Positions 16,521 through 34,626 are shown, numbered from the stretch's first letter. The stretch: DNA of 64,000 nucleotides from the human T2T-CHM13v2.0 reference genome, Homo sapiens (GCF_009914755.1 NC_060928.1); one strand, 5' to 3'. Translations and numbers: made by a program. The notes: generated by a model from the sequence alone, not told the origin.

Positions 16521-17180
16521 ATATACCTATACAAAGAAATACTATTCCAAAGTAAAAAGGGACAAAAAACTGATAAACGCTACAATATGAATGAATCCCA
16601 AAAACATTATGCTAAGTGAAAGAAGCCAGATACAAAAGACTACATATTGTACAATTCCACTTATACAAAATATCCAGTAAAAGCAAATGGATTAAGACAA
16701 AACCAATCAGTGATTGCCTGAGGCTGGGGGTGGGAATAAGGGTTAACTGCAAACAGGCTGGAGGGAATTTTGGAGGCAATGGAAATGTTCGAAAACTAGC
16801 TCAAGGTGATAGATAGTTTCACGATCTATATATTTACTAAAAATTATTGAATTATATACTCAAAATGGATAATTTTTTTGGTATCAGGTAAGTCAAAAGC
16901 TAATTTATTAAAAAGTGTACATACCCAAAGAAATGACAACACATCTACACAAAAACATGAATATTCATAGCAGCATAATAGCCCAAAAAAATAGAAACTT
17001 AAATGTCCATCAACTGATGCACAGATAAATAAAATGTAATATGTCCATAAATAGAATATTACTCATCAATAAAAAAAATGATTACAGGGTGGGTGCAGTG
17101 GCTCACACCTGTAATCCCAGCACTTTGGGAGGCCGAGGCAGGCGGATCATGAGGTCAGGAGATCAAGACCATCCTGGCTA

Positions 17181-17417
<237 letters not shown>

Positions 17418-18141
17418 TCAGGTGCAGTGGCTCAAGCCTGAAATCCCAGCACTTTGAGACGCCAAAGAGAGAGGATTGCTCAAGCCCAGGAGTTCAAGAC
17501 TACCCTGGGTAATATGGTGAAACCCCATCTCTATAAAAAAGAAAATAGATTAGCCGGACGCGGTGGCTCACCCCTGTAATCCCAGCACTTTGGGAGGCCA
17601 AGGCGGGCGGATCACGAGGTCAGGAGATCGAGACCATCCTGGCTAACACGGTGAAACCCCATCTCTACTAAAAATACAAAAAAAAAAAAAAATTAGCCAG
17701 GTGTTGTGGCATGCGCCTGTGGCAGGAGAATCGCTTGAACCGGGTGGCAGAGGTTGCAGTGAGCCAGATCACACCACTGCACTCCAGCCTAGGCGACAGA
17801 GCGAGACTCCATCTTAAAAAAAAAAAAAAAAAAAAGAAAGAAAATAGATTTTAAAAAAAAAAGAAATGAAGTACTGACACATATTACAACATGGACATAC
17901 TTTGAAAGCATTATGCTAAACGAAAGAAGCCAGTCACAAAAGACCGCATTTATGGTTTCATTTACATAAAATGTCCACAACAGTCTAATCTATAATGATA
18001 GAAAGTCGATCAGTGGTTGCATAGGACTGGGAGTGCTGAGGGAAAATGAAAAGCGACTGTTAATGGATATGGGGCTCTTTTGGGGGATGATTAAAATGCT
18101 GTAAAATTGAGTATAGTGATGGCTGCACAACTCTGAATATA

Positions 18142-18625
18142 CAGTCGGCCCTCCATATCCATGAGTTCTGAATACATGGATTCAATCAATGAGGTACAGA
18201 AACTACTCAAAAAAAAAATTATGTCTGTAAATGAACATGTACAGACTTTTTTCTGGTCATTATTCCCTAAACAATACACAGTATAACAACTATTTACATA
18301 GCATCCACATTGTATTAGGTAGTATGAGTGATGTGGAGATGATTTAAAGCATACAAGAGAATATGCAGAGTTTATATGCAAATACTATGTCAGTTTTATT
18401 CATTTTTCCTAGGAGACAGGATTTTGCTCTGTCACCCAGGTTGGTGTCCAAACTCTGGCCTCAAGAGATCCTCCCACCTCAGCCTCCTGAATAACTGGGA
18501 TTACAGGCACAAGCCACTGCACCCAGCAACTATGCCATTTTATTTTAGGGACCTGAGCATCCATAGATTCTGGTGTCTGAGGAAGGCCCTAGAACAAATC
18601 CCCAACAGATACCGATGGACAATTG
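18142..18625 (+). mobile_element. MER2 (Tigger) DNA transposon with an inserted Alu monomer (~18405-18528)
   Basis: TA|CAGTCGGCCCTCCATATCCATG...GATACCGATGGACAATTG|TA. Confidence 0.82.
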
Positions 18626-20575
18626 TAGTAAAAACCACTGAATTGTTCACCTGCAAAATGGAGTAATTTTTTAAAAAATTAATAAACCCACCAAACTGTA
18701 CACTTTAAACTGAACTGACTAGTATGTGAATTATATCATAGTGAAGCTGTTACTCCTCCAAAAATGGTATACAACATGAGCAGGTAAAGCCACTAACATT
18801 AGCAGACCCTACAGGCCACAGGTACCAATCTGTTTACTTAGGACAGAAAAATCCCAAAGTTACAAATTCTTTCCAACCATACTCAAGCTGACTATTTTGT
18901 AAATGAGTATTTATGTCTGAAATGAAAGGCAATGATAAATCCAATGAGTTAAATCACTAAACTTAAAAATAGGTTGACATAAATATTCAAACTTCAAATG
19001 CCCAGGATATTCCAATTTTCTATTTCATGTGTTTAACTACTAGATATCGTCTCAATAATATTTACATGAATGTACTCTGTAAACTGTAATGCTCTATAAA
19101 AAGTTTTATTATTCCTAAATTCCCTTAAATGTAATTTAATGGTTTCCAGTCCTATATAAGTCATTCTACCTTTTGAAGAAACTCTGAAACACAAATATCC
19201 AATCCTTTCTTAGTAAAGCATACATCCTTCCGTGATTCTGGCACCAAAGAAAGTGCATAATTTACTTCAGGATAGAGAATCACAGATAAAAAGGAAAACA
19301 AATCTGATTATCAAACACACGATTACTATTCTCTCATCACCGGATTACAATTTAAACCATTAAGCTGAAGTAAATGTTCATGAACACAAGAAAGGGGGGA
19401 ATTTTTAACAGTTTTACAATGACGTGTCCCCCTCTTCCTCATTTAATGAAGTACTAAACTTAAAGGCTATTCTGCAGCGAATCTGCCTCCTAGAAAGAGT
19501 CCATCCAGGATGCTGGCAGAGGGAAAAAGATTAGAAACTGTGCGATCTGGATTATTCTTGGTGTCACGGAATATTTTTTGAGTCCTTTATGGACATGGAA
19601 TAAAAATGCCCAAATGGAGCAGAAGAGAGGGCTCGGCTACCCTGATCACAAAGCTCCTGGGGTAGAGTCAGCATCCAGCCCTGGCAGAGCCCTCCCTGTC
19701 CTCCTTCCGCGCCCCTAGACCATCCCGTCGCGCGGTCCCTGAGGACCAGCTTCGCGAGGATCCAGAAGGCGGTCACTGGACGTGCCTGTTACGAGCCCGT
19801 TTTTGTTTTGCTTAAGAAACAGATTCCGATCCGAGCAAAGCCTCCCTACCTCCCGGGGAATAGGGGGAGATGGCAGCACGGTGCCGGCGTGGAGAGCGAG
19901 AATAAAAGAACTGCCGAGTACAACCTGTCGTGCAAGCTAGCAGCGCCGGGAAGGAAAGGTAAGCGGCGGCGATAAGGCACGACAGGGAAGGAAACTGGTG
20001 TCCAGCGCCCCCCCCGCCTGCCCGCCACCCAGAGCGGCCGGAGCCTCCCAGGTCCCGCCCCGAGCTCGCCGCCCAGCCCCGGCGCCGGCCGCAGACTCCC
20101 GCCCTACACAAACCCTCCCAGGACGCGCTTCCTCCGGAGCCGGACCCCCGCCCTGGCCTCCCCGCGGGATGAGGCGGGTCAGTTCAGTCCGCTTCTCGGC
20201 AGAGGTGACTCGCGCAGAGATGTAAACACGGAGAGACCAGCTGCGCTCGGCCCATCCCCCCCGCCGGGGTCTGTAACCTCTTCCCTCAGCCCTGCCCCGC
20301 GCCCCGCGCTCCCCGCGGGCAGGCGCGCAGCGCGCCTTCCCCTTTCTCCAAGTCCCGCTCCGCGACCGTTGCCTGGGGACACTCAGCCCCCTTCCCCCAG
20401 CCCCCGGCCGGTGTCACCGCCGCAGCCGCCGGAAAACCCCTCCGCAAACCCCGAAGCAAACAACACAAGCGCGGGGCGGGGGCGCGGAGGGAGGCGGCGG
20501 CAGTCGGGACAGCCAGGCTTTATCGCCGCGCCCTTCGCGCTCCCTCTCACCAGCCTCGGCTGCCCGCGCTCTTAC

Positions 20576-20835
20576 CTGCTCTCCGCGACGCCTGGGAAGA
20601 CCGCGGCGTCCTTTTCCCTCTCAGCAGGGCCGCGGACTAGCCGCCGCCGTTGGCCGAGCGTCCGGAGGGAGCCGGGGCCTCCCCAGCAGCCCGAGCCGCT
20701 CCACAGGGAGAGAAGGAGACAAAACAGAGGCTCGCCGCCCCGCGCAGCGACCCCCGCCCGCGCCGCCCCACCGACCCCCAACCGCCTAGGCGACGGCGGC
20801 GACACAGAGCTTGGCGCTGGGAGCAATGGTTGCCC
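20576..20835 (-). other. Probable non-coding first exon (5' UTR) of a minus-strand gene; 5' end uncertain (could extend to ~21005)
   Basis: Strong minus-strand donor GAGCAG|GTAAGA (plus strand cttac|ctg, 20571-20578) inside the CpG island; no ATG on the minus strand from 21030 to the donor; TATA-like element upstream. Confidence 0.7.
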
Positions 20836-21032
20836 CCGCCCCGCTCCGCTCCCGGCCCCCTCCCTCCACCCCCCGCCTCGGCTCCTCCCCCTCGGCCTCC
20901 TGCCGCCTCCACCAGGACACTGGAGTCCGCCTCCCCCTCCCCGCCAGCTCAGAGTGCTCCTCCCCTCCCCACGCGGCGGGGGGGCGGGGGCGGCACCGCC
21001 AGTCACCGCAGCGCCTGTCAAACGCGGGCCGG

Positions 21033-21042
21033 CTATTTATAC
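21033..21042 (-). promoter_or_regulatory. TATA-like box (GTATAAATAG) on the minus strand
   Basis: Plus strand ggctatttatacc, an isolated AT run within the GC-rich island, upstream of the putative exon 1. Confidence 0.55.
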
Positions 21043-21565
21043 CCCGCGGGGCCCCGCCGCCCTCGGGCCCCCACCAGCCCGCCGAACCTGCTTCTTTTGC
21101 TGTCTTGAATCCCGCCCTCTTCTCCTCGCCCAACTTCTCCCAAACCCGCCTTCCCAGGTAAAGACGCTCGTCACTTGTCCGGCTCCTTGCCCAGGGCTCT
21201 CCGATCTCGCTCTCCACTCCAGCCCCGGATTGGTGCAGGGGGCTCTGCCGCACGGGGCAGGCGTGTGAGGCCGATGGGGCCGCGCGTGCACCTGCAGCGC
21301 CCGCCGGCTTTCCCCCGCCGGCCGGGACCGCACGCACACACCCTCGCCACTCAGGGACCCCGCAGGCCCCGCCGTCACCGCATCCCCAACTCAGGACTCT
21401 CGCCCTTCTCCGGAGACGGCCCCACAGTCGGGCAGTCTGACAGTTACAGGGGGGCGAGGTTTTGCAAAAACTCCTAGCCCGGTCTTTCCAGTTCCCACTC
21501 CTCAGCCTTGGCTTAGTGAAAGGTGGGGGTTCGGGCAGGAGCGCGACGCCGGCCCCGCCCCGGCC

Positions 21566-21682
21566 GGTGACGCACGTGGCGCACCGCCCCGCCAGCCTCG
21601 CGCCCCTCGGCGCCGCCAGCTCCTCCTCCCCGCTAGCAAAAGCCGGGCGTAGTACACCCGCGACCCCGCCCCATTCCCAGAA
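21566..21682. promoter_or_regulatory. Motif cluster: CRE half-site TGACG next to E-box CACGTG (21573-21578); STAT GAS element TTCCCAGAA (21674-21682)
   Basis: Direct motif matches in the CpG island; function not shown. Confidence 0.4.
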
Positions 21683-22574
21683 ATTACCACCCGCCCAACA
21701 GCCCGGCCGCGCGGCGGTTGGTGCCGGCGTTTGCTGGCTGTCGGGTGGCTGGGCCCAGCGCGCAGCTGCGGAGCGCGGCGGGCGGCCCCTTGGAGCTGCC
21801 CGGGGAGCTGCGGGCACTCGCACCTAGCCATTGTCGCTCCTTGCGCGGTCCGCAACGGAGAAGTAACTCAAGTCTGAGTGTTGTTGGTGCGAGAATGAGA
21901 GAGTGTTCTGGTGTGGGAGTATTTTGGCCCAAGTGCCTGCGAATTCGAAAACGAAAACCCAGCAGTGGCTGCACGCTTCTGGTTTCCACACTTTCACACA
22001 AAGGGGAGCCTTCGAGCGGGGCACTCTCACGCGCCTTCAAGTGCACAAAAGCCAATGACACGGTGCCGTGGGTTGCCCTGTGTAGGAGCGTCTCTTTAAT
22101 GGGCTTTGTAGGCACAGTTAATGCATACAAACGCCTCAGTCTATTTCTTCACCACCACCATTCCCCGCCGCGGCGTTTTCTGTATTTGTTTCTTTAACAA
22201 AGAGCACAGCCTGTCCGGTGCGCGCGGGGCTCCTTTTGCTCCCCTCCAGGGCTCCTGCAGCCTCGCCGCGATGGACCTAGCACCTGGCGCGGTATTCACC
22301 AGCTGATTTCTGGGCTCCAGCGTTACCCTTTTTACGGCTTCACAACCAGTCTGGAGCAAAGAAGAAACACTGAGGAATATAAGTGATAGCTGTTCTCTTG
22401 AAAGGGACGTGGGAACCGTGGAAATCACCCTAGAGTAAGGCTCAAATGTCAGAAAGCTGCAGGAGGCTCCAGATTTAAATCCCTGAAGAGCCTAAGAATG
22501 TAATGATCTCTTTCTTTTGTTAATACTGCTGTTGCCTCTATTTTCTTGGGGGTGAGTCTTCTCTTCCTTTCTTA

Positions 22575-22922
<348 letters not shown>

Positions 22923-22980
22923 CTAGAAGGCCGAGGCGGGCGGATCACCTGAGGTCAGAAGTTCAAGACCATCCTGGCTA

Positions 22981-23308
<328 letters not shown>

Positions 23309-23694
23309 TCATGGGACTGTTGACACCCTTTTGAACTAAAGAATTTGTAACAATTTGGTAACATTCAAATCTTTAATACACAATAAACAGGATTCTGCAA
23401 ACAGAGCACCCTTTCTAAGGGAGTCTTTTTATCTCACTTCTTGTAAATAACTTATCACTTATGGGAACCATTGCCCAATTTGATATTTGTAAGGAATTAA
23501 TTAATAATCAATAATATTGCATCTTCATAACATAACATAGCATACTAAGGAGCCGGCAAAGACAAAGACTGATTCCTGTTGTTAGGGACAGATATCACCT
23601 GCCAAGTCACATAATTTCTGTTGTCAGCCACGTTGAGAAGAAATTCTCTCCCACTGCCGATTGGCAGTAAGCTGGAAAGTCCCAGGTGGATAAC

Positions 23695-24139
23695 AGTGGT
23701 AGATAACATTATTGTTCCCAATTTTTCACTACTCCATGCATGCATGCCATTTGAAATACGGCTTTGTAGTTCCTCTCAGTAGAGATAGGATGTTTCTCCA
23801 TCCTGTTCATGTTGAGCTTAGATCAGTCCATTTGCTTTTGGTCAAAGGAAGATAGGCAGAAGTGAGTGTGACAGTTCTGAGCCTGGCCTCAAGAGGTATT
23901 TCATGTTTCTCCTTCCCTCTCTGGCACTCTTGTTTTTCACAATGTGAAGAACATACCTGGCTAGTTTGCTGGTCAAAGAAATATGAAGCAGGTCTGAAGC
24001 CAGTCCCAGCTTGGGATCAGCAACCTAGAGAATAAAGGATTGTTGTTTCAAGCCGTGTTTTGGAGTAATAGCGTTTTGGAGTAATAGTGTTTTGGAGTAG
24101 TTGGTTCCTGGAATTAGTGTTGTGATAGCTGACTGAAAC
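23695..24139 (+). mobile_element. MLT1-type MaLR LTR
   Basis: AATAAA..TTGTTGTTTCAAGCC...GATAGCTGACTGAAACA 3' end typical of old MLT1 elements. Confidence 0.6.
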
Positions 24140-24281
24140 AACAGCAGAAAGAGCAATCTGCTTCCTTCATATTGGCCTGCAAGGTGCCTAACTTGGTGTG
24201 TCTCAGGCAGCTCTTTGGCTATGGTTCTTAAACACATCCCTTATGGAGGCCAGCGGAGTAAGGAACCCAGAAATTTTACAG

Positions 24282-24495
24282 CAAGCTTGTCCAACCCAGG
24301 GCCTGCAGGCTGCATGCGGCCCTGGACCGCTTTGAATGCAGCCCAACACAAATTTGTAAACTTTTTTAAAATACTTTTTTGTGATTTTTTTTTTAAGCTC
24401 ATCAGCTATCATTAGTGTTAGTGTATTTAATGTGTGGCCCAAGATAATAATTCTTCCAGTGTGGCCCTGGAAAGCCAAAAGATTGGACACCCCTG
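24282..24495 (+). mobile_element. MER30 (hAT-Charlie)
   Basis: CAAGCTTGTCCAACCC...GATTGGACACCCCTG with an 8-bp target-site duplication ttttacag/gtttacag. Confidence 0.88.
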
Positions 24496-25689
24496 GTTTA
24501 CAGTAAAGCATTCTAGAGAACAGGGGTCAGAAGGAAAAGTCTAGTGTGACCAGTAGTCCTAGTAGCAAGCTAATGATCATGGAATAGGAAATCTCTGTTG
24601 TAACTGGATTGCTTTTGCTGTTTTTTATGTTATATAGTTTTTTATGTTATATAGTTTATTTTTTAATTATTTTTATTTATATTTTATTTAATTATTTTTA
24701 TTATAGTTTATTTTTTAATTATACAATGATTCATTAATACATTCTCATCATCAATTTTCAAATAATTCAAAATAAACTTTTTAAAACCCAAGTTCACCTT
24801 CCCTCTCCATTTCCCTTCCCACTTCTCACTTACCCTTCACACTTACGCAGCCATCCCCTACCTCTACTTTTCCACAGATAACCATAAATGAAAATTTAGC
24901 CTTTAAGCTTCTAGGCCTTTTTCTGTGCATGTATATACATATACATATATTTATATACTAAATATAAATGATTATATGCATATTAGGTATAATGCTTTTA
25001 TACTTCTTTTCTCTGTGTTATTTCTCCCTTTGTTTTCTTCAATATATAGGAAAGTGATTTTTTTTAAAATTATTTCATCCTTGGCTGGGTGCTGTGGCTA
25101 CATCTGTAATCCCAGCACTTTGAGAGGCCAAGGTGGGAGGATCATTGAGCCCAGAAGTTCAAGACCAGCATGGGCAGGAGGATCACATAGTTTGAGACCC
25201 CATCTCTACAAAGAAAATAAAATAAAGTTAGCCAGGTGTGGTGGTATGGATATGTAGTCCCAGCTACTGGGGAGGCTGAGGCAGAAGGATCACATGAGCC
25301 CAGGAGTTTGAGGTTGCAGCGTGCTGTGCTCTCACCACCCCACTGCAGCCTGGGTGACAGAGTGAGATCCTGTCTCAAAAATAAATAAACAAAATAAAAC
25401 AAATAAAATTTCATTCTGCCTTCAGTATAATAGACTAACCAAAGGAAGAGATTTTCCTGCTTTTATATCAGAATATTAAATGGTAGGATGACACTTTAGG
25501 GCTCAGTATGGGGGTGGCAGTGACAATCAACATGAGGAACAGAAGAGAAGACAAAATTCTGAGTAGTGGCCAGTAAGTCATTTCCCTCTCCCAACCTTTC
25601 AACTTCACATTCTCAGGCAAATCCTTGGAAGTACTGAGTTATGTTTGATTAAATGAGGTAATTGTCCCTTATGACATTCCAAGTCCAAG

Positions 25690-25872
25690 AGAATATAGTG
25701 GAAGCTATGCTGCCTTTTCTGACCTAACTTCTGGAGTCACATACCATCACTTCTGTTGTATTCTCTTGGTCACACAGATTGATCCTAATTCAGTGTGGGA
25801 GAGTACTACACAAGGACATTCATACCAGGAGATGAGGATCATTGAGGGCCATGTTGGAAGCTGGCAGCCACA
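25690..25872 (-). mobile_element. MLT1-type LTR fragment
   Basis: GGAGTCACATACCATCACTTCTG...GGAAGCTGGCAGCCACA motif set. Confidence 0.55.
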
Positions 25873-27242
25873 AGGGCATTCACTCAGTAGTGAATTTTGA
25901 GTGACTGACCCAATCTTTAAACAGATTCCCTCGTCACAGGTCAACAGAGTCCCTGGTTGACAACTACTAGGTAGATTTTACAAGAACAGCCAGAAAAATC
26001 TCTTCTTTGCCTCTCCTTAAGGAAAGAGAAGTTCTGGACAGCTATCCAACAGCAATATTCTGTTGTTAACCTATCTTATTTGTGAACAACTATATCCAAC
26101 CCACCATACAAAGATTATTCATACCTCTCCCATGCTATGGGTCTGCAAAGTAATCTAGTCCCCCAAACTCACTTTTTGTTTTAGGTATTGTTTTGCCTTT
26201 TAGAAATCAGAATCTTTTAAACATTGTATATTAAATAAGTTATAAGAGGGCTGCCTTAGAATAACCAAACCCAAAATAATTTGGAGGGCGTGGGTTAAGT
26301 TTCCAGAATCCAATGAAGTAATTTTGAGGATGAAATTTGAAGCATCCAAAAAATAAATAGAAATTTGTACCATCAAATGCAATCAGATAAATAAGCAGAA
26401 AGTATAAACTTTTGAATATAGAAGGAAGTTAAATCCTCATGAGTTGCACCTATAACTTCATCCTGTAATGTTTTCTAGTAAAATAAGTACTTAAAACCAT
26501 TTCATAATTTCAGTTCTTGATATATTTTAAAAGCAACCTTCTCTTTAAAATAGTGCTTTAGTTGGAAGAATTCTATTAATTCTGTCTACAAATTAATTAC
26601 TTTTAAAGAATATTTTATTGCTTTATTAAAATATTTGAAATGTTTAAGATGAATTACACTTTATTCTAGTTAGAATTTTTAATGTTTTTTATGTTAAAAC
26701 CAACTTTTGTTAGCAGATTTCACTTTCATATCTTTATTATAAGTTTAAAAGTCAAAATTAAATGAACATCAAGACATTTTATTAGTGATTTAAGATCATG
26801 TTAATTTTTTTTTTCCAGACAGAGCTTTGCTCTTGTCACCCAGGCTGGAGTGCAGTGGCACAATCTCGGCTAACTGCAACCTCTGCCTCCTGAGTTCAAG
26901 CAGTTCTCCTGCCTCAGTCTCCCGAGTAGCTGGGATTAAGGTGCCTGCCTCCACGCCTGGATAATTTTTGTATTTTTAGTAGAGACGGGGTTTCACTATG
27001 TTGGCCAGGCTGGTCTCGAACTCCTGACCTCGTGATCTGCCTGCCTCGGCATCCCAAAGTGCTGGGATTACAGGCGTGAGTCACCGCGCCTGGCCAATCA
27101 GATTAATCTTTACAGTTTCTGAATAGTTTACTTAATAAAATTCAGGATAAATGCTATATTAGCTCATTAAAGCACAAATATAAATATCTTCCGTGGGAAA
27201 CTACTTGAAACAAACTTTCATATTTGTGCCGCATAATTTTTA

Positions 27243-27599
<357 letters not shown>

Positions 27600-29047
27600 T
27601 TAAAATGAGTTAATAGAAATGTGTCTTTCCATTCACTTTCAGATCACCCTAAAAAAAAGAAAAACCAAAAGGCTTTCCCATTATTTATTTGCTTTCTTTT
27701 CTGGGGGTTTTTCCTGTTTGTCAGCTAACTACTGTAGGTAGCATTATTTTAATAAGAGTAAATAATAATGACAGTAACACAATAATATTGACCTCTATTC
27801 ATATACTGCTAGGTTTTCTGTGTTTATTCATCTTATGAGTATTATCACCATTTCATAGTTGATGCTGAAACTAAGAGAGGTTAAGTCACTTGTTCAAAGT
27901 TATACAGTAGGTGGCAGGGTTGGATATTGAATCCATCTCCAGAACCTGTACTCTTAACCACTAATACAGCATATTATTAAAATACTGTTTTCATTTTCTT
28001 TTCTTTTTCTTTCTTTTTTTTTTTTTTTTTTTTAGATAGGGCCTATCTCTGTTGCCCATGCTGGAGTGCACTGGCTTCACCCTCCAGAGTGGCTGAGACT
28101 ACAGGTCATCATGCCCAGCTAATTTGTATGTATGTATGTATGTATTTATTTTAGAGACAGGATCTTGCCACGTTGCCCAGGCTGGTAGTCAAACTCATGG
28201 CTTCAAAAAATCTTCCTGCCTCATCCTCCCAAAGTGCTGGGATTACAGGTGTGAAGTATGGCACCCAGCCTAAAGTGTTTTTTGGACACATGTAGGGCAG
28301 TCCTGTTCCAACTGTTCATGTCCAAACATAGAGAATGAAAAGCATTGCTCTCTGTTTCACCTCTTGTCCTATTCCCCCAAATTTATAGGGGGCTGCTGTC
28401 ACCTCTTATTCTGACTCACCTGTTTGGCTTTTTTTTTTTCCCTTGAGAAGGGTCTGTCTGTCACCCAGGCTGCAGTGCAGTGGTGCAATCACAGTTCACC
28501 GCACCCTCGGCTTCCCGGCCTCAGGTGATCCTCTCACCTCAGTCTCCCAAGTAGCTGGGACCACAGGTGCCTGCCACCATGCCCAACTAATTTTTGTATT
28601 TTTTGTAGAGACAGGGTTTTGCCATGTTGCCCAGGCTGATCCTGAACTCCTGGGCTCAAGTGATCTTCCCACCTTGGCCTCCCAAAGTACAGGCATGAGC
28701 CACCATGCCAGGTGTGTTTGGCCTTTATGTTCTGCCTAACATGCCAGGCACTGCCAAAGTGCTTGGGTGCTTCTGACCATGTTCCTTATATCCCACTCTC
28801 CAGACATTCCCTTCACTAGTAGATGCCAACTAATTCCCTCTACTCCAGCCTGTGGCTTCTGTATCCTGCTCTCCCTGCTTCCCTTCTTGTCTGCCACATT
28901 AAGTTTGAGTAGACTTTCCATATCTGCTGGTGACACTGACTACTTAGCAAAAGAGAGAGAGAGAGAAATTTAAAGCCAGGACAAGAAACCAATCAATATG
29001 GAGGGTAAAAGGGTCATAGAAGGACCATGATTAAAATGTGAATACCA

Positions 29048-29345
29048 GCCAGGCGGTGGAGGCCCACCTGTAAGCTCAGCTACTCAGGAGGCTGAGGAGT
29101 AGGATCGCTTATGCCCAGGAGTTCTGGGCTATAGTGTGCTATGCCCAAGAGGTGTCTACACTAAGTTCAGCATCAATATGGTGACCTCCCAGGAGCAGGG
29201 GACCACCAGGTTACCTAAGGAGGAGTGAACCAACCTAGGTCAGAAACAGAGCAGGTCAAAACTCCCATGCTGATCAGTAGTGGGATCACACCTGTGAATG
29301 ACCAGTGCTAAAGTGCTCTCCAGTCTGGGCAACATAGTGAGACAA
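29048..29345 (+). pseudogene. Full-length 7SL RNA (RN7SL) retropseudogene
   Basis: Alu-domain ends plus S domain (CTAAGTTCAGCATCAATATGGTGACCTCCC...AGCAGGTCAAAACTCCCATGCTGATCAGTAGTGGGATC). Target-site duplication TTAAAATGTGAATACCAG at 29031-29048 and 29680-29697. Confidence 0.93.
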
Positions 29346-29360
29346 CTCCCCATAAATAAT

Positions 29361-32525
<3,165 letters not shown>

Positions 32526-33047
32526 AACTGACTTTTCCCAGAATCACCAGTAAGTGAGCAGGGGAAACTAGCTGACTCCAGGCTGCAAGTTCTTAACAGT
32601 CTGCCCAGCCTCCTCCTCCTCCTCCTCCTCCTCCTCATTATCATCCCCAGGGTGTCAGGCCAGCCTCTCCCTATAGTGTGCTCTCCTAAGGATAGATAAT
32701 ACCTCTGCCTAATACAGCTGAGCAGAAATGGAATTTGAATCCAGTTTTTCTTATTTTCACAGGCTCCCTTTTTGAGGTCACTGAAGTGAGAAGTGGGAAA
32801 GAGGAAGGTCTTAGGTGATGCCCTTGAGCCTAGAGGAAGGGATTTAGCAATAACGGGCTCTCTTTAATTAACTTGCTGAGTGAGGGCAGGAGGCAAGCAA
32901 ACTAGTGAAGCTGAGGGGAAGAGAGGAAGTCAAGTATAGATTGACAGAGGCAGGCTTGGATCTAGTGAGGCAGGGAGAGATTGGGGAAATTAGGAAACTA
33001 AGGAAAATAGGAAAGAGCTAAAATTCATTAGCCAACAGTGGACTTGA

Positions 33048-33387
<340 letters not shown>

Positions 33388-33828
33388 TAATTTTGACTAT
33401 AGCTAGCCGTGTCTGTATGTTCAAAATTATTTTGCTTTTCAGTTTTTCCTCAGGATGTCTTGTGTATTTTTATATGGTAGTTGACATTTACTATTAACCA
33501 ATTTTGGTATTTTTCTAATATTTATGTGATAGAAAATTTAATTATTTTTATATTGTGTATTAAAAATTTCAGTCTTTAATATTTTTTATTTATCATTAGC
33601 CCAAAGAGCCCTTCAATCATTAATGTAATACTTGTTAAATTAGGCAGGAACTAGATATTAGGGTGTGCCTATAACATCAGTCCCGAATATCCAGATTAGA
33701 TAAACTATTTAGTGCCTCTCAGGCCCTAATATACTGAACTCCCAAATGCCAGTATGCTGAGAACAGCAACGGAAAAAGTTTTACAGAAGATGCACATGTG
33801 GTTATCAGCACCAAGTGAATAGCCCTGA

Positions 33829-34097
<269 letters not shown>

Positions 34098-34516
34098 TGA
34101 GATTACAGGCATTGAGCCACCATGCCCGGCCAGCACTGAGCTTTTTGAGTGTAGAGTTTTCAGACGACACAGAAGGTTTTGGTCTAAATGGTCTAGATAC
34201 CTTGAAATGAGATTAAGAAGTAGTATCACGGACTGTGATATAAGTGACTGAATTTGTGGAATTCTCTTCCCACTGCAACATCTTTACAGTGATCCTGTTT
34301 TCTAGAATCAGATTTTTGGGATGAAATGAATGGAGTGAAAGGATGAAAAAGTAAGACAAAAAAGCAGGACTTTTTTGTATATTCCAGGCATTCTAGCTGT
34401 TTTTATTTTTGTAGGATAAACATTTTGAAGATGTGATTAGAGGAAAAAAAGAGAAGACAGATTACAATAAACATACATATATTTACCAGGGCTTAAGGCC
34501 ATTTAGTCTACCAGGT

Positions 34517-34626
34517 AACAAACTTTTTTTTTTTAAGCTTTAGAATTTACAAAGTTCACATCAGTCTGAAACAAACATTTTATTTTTTTAAGCTTTAGAA
34601 CTTACAAAGTTAACATCAGTCTGAAA
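34517..34626. repeat. ~55 bp tandem duplication
   Basis: ttttaagctttagaa(t/c)ttacaaagtt(c/a)acatcagtctgaaa at 34531-34571 and 34586-34626. Confidence 0.9.

Larger units (their letters stand above)
19700..22300. promoter_or_regulatory. CpG island promoter region
   Basis: Abrupt shift to very high GC and CpG density, no Alus, many GC boxes (CCCCGCCC), flanked by AT-rich repeat-dense DNA. Confidence 0.95.

Noticed and set aside
20369-21823. Long ORFs (299 aa plus strand, 345 aa minus strand and others) in the CpG island
   Set aside because: Overlapping Pro/Arg/Gly/Ala-rich frames on both strands, many with non-ATG starts and no recognisable domain; expected from stop-codon scarcity in GC-rich DNA.
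19700-22300. Firm gene symbol assignment
   Set aside because: No coding exon in the window; ELF2 is only a recollection and needs a BLAT search of 20576-20835 against the human genome.
24620-24725. Short repeated AT-rich segments
   Set aside because: Ordinary low-complexity slippage.
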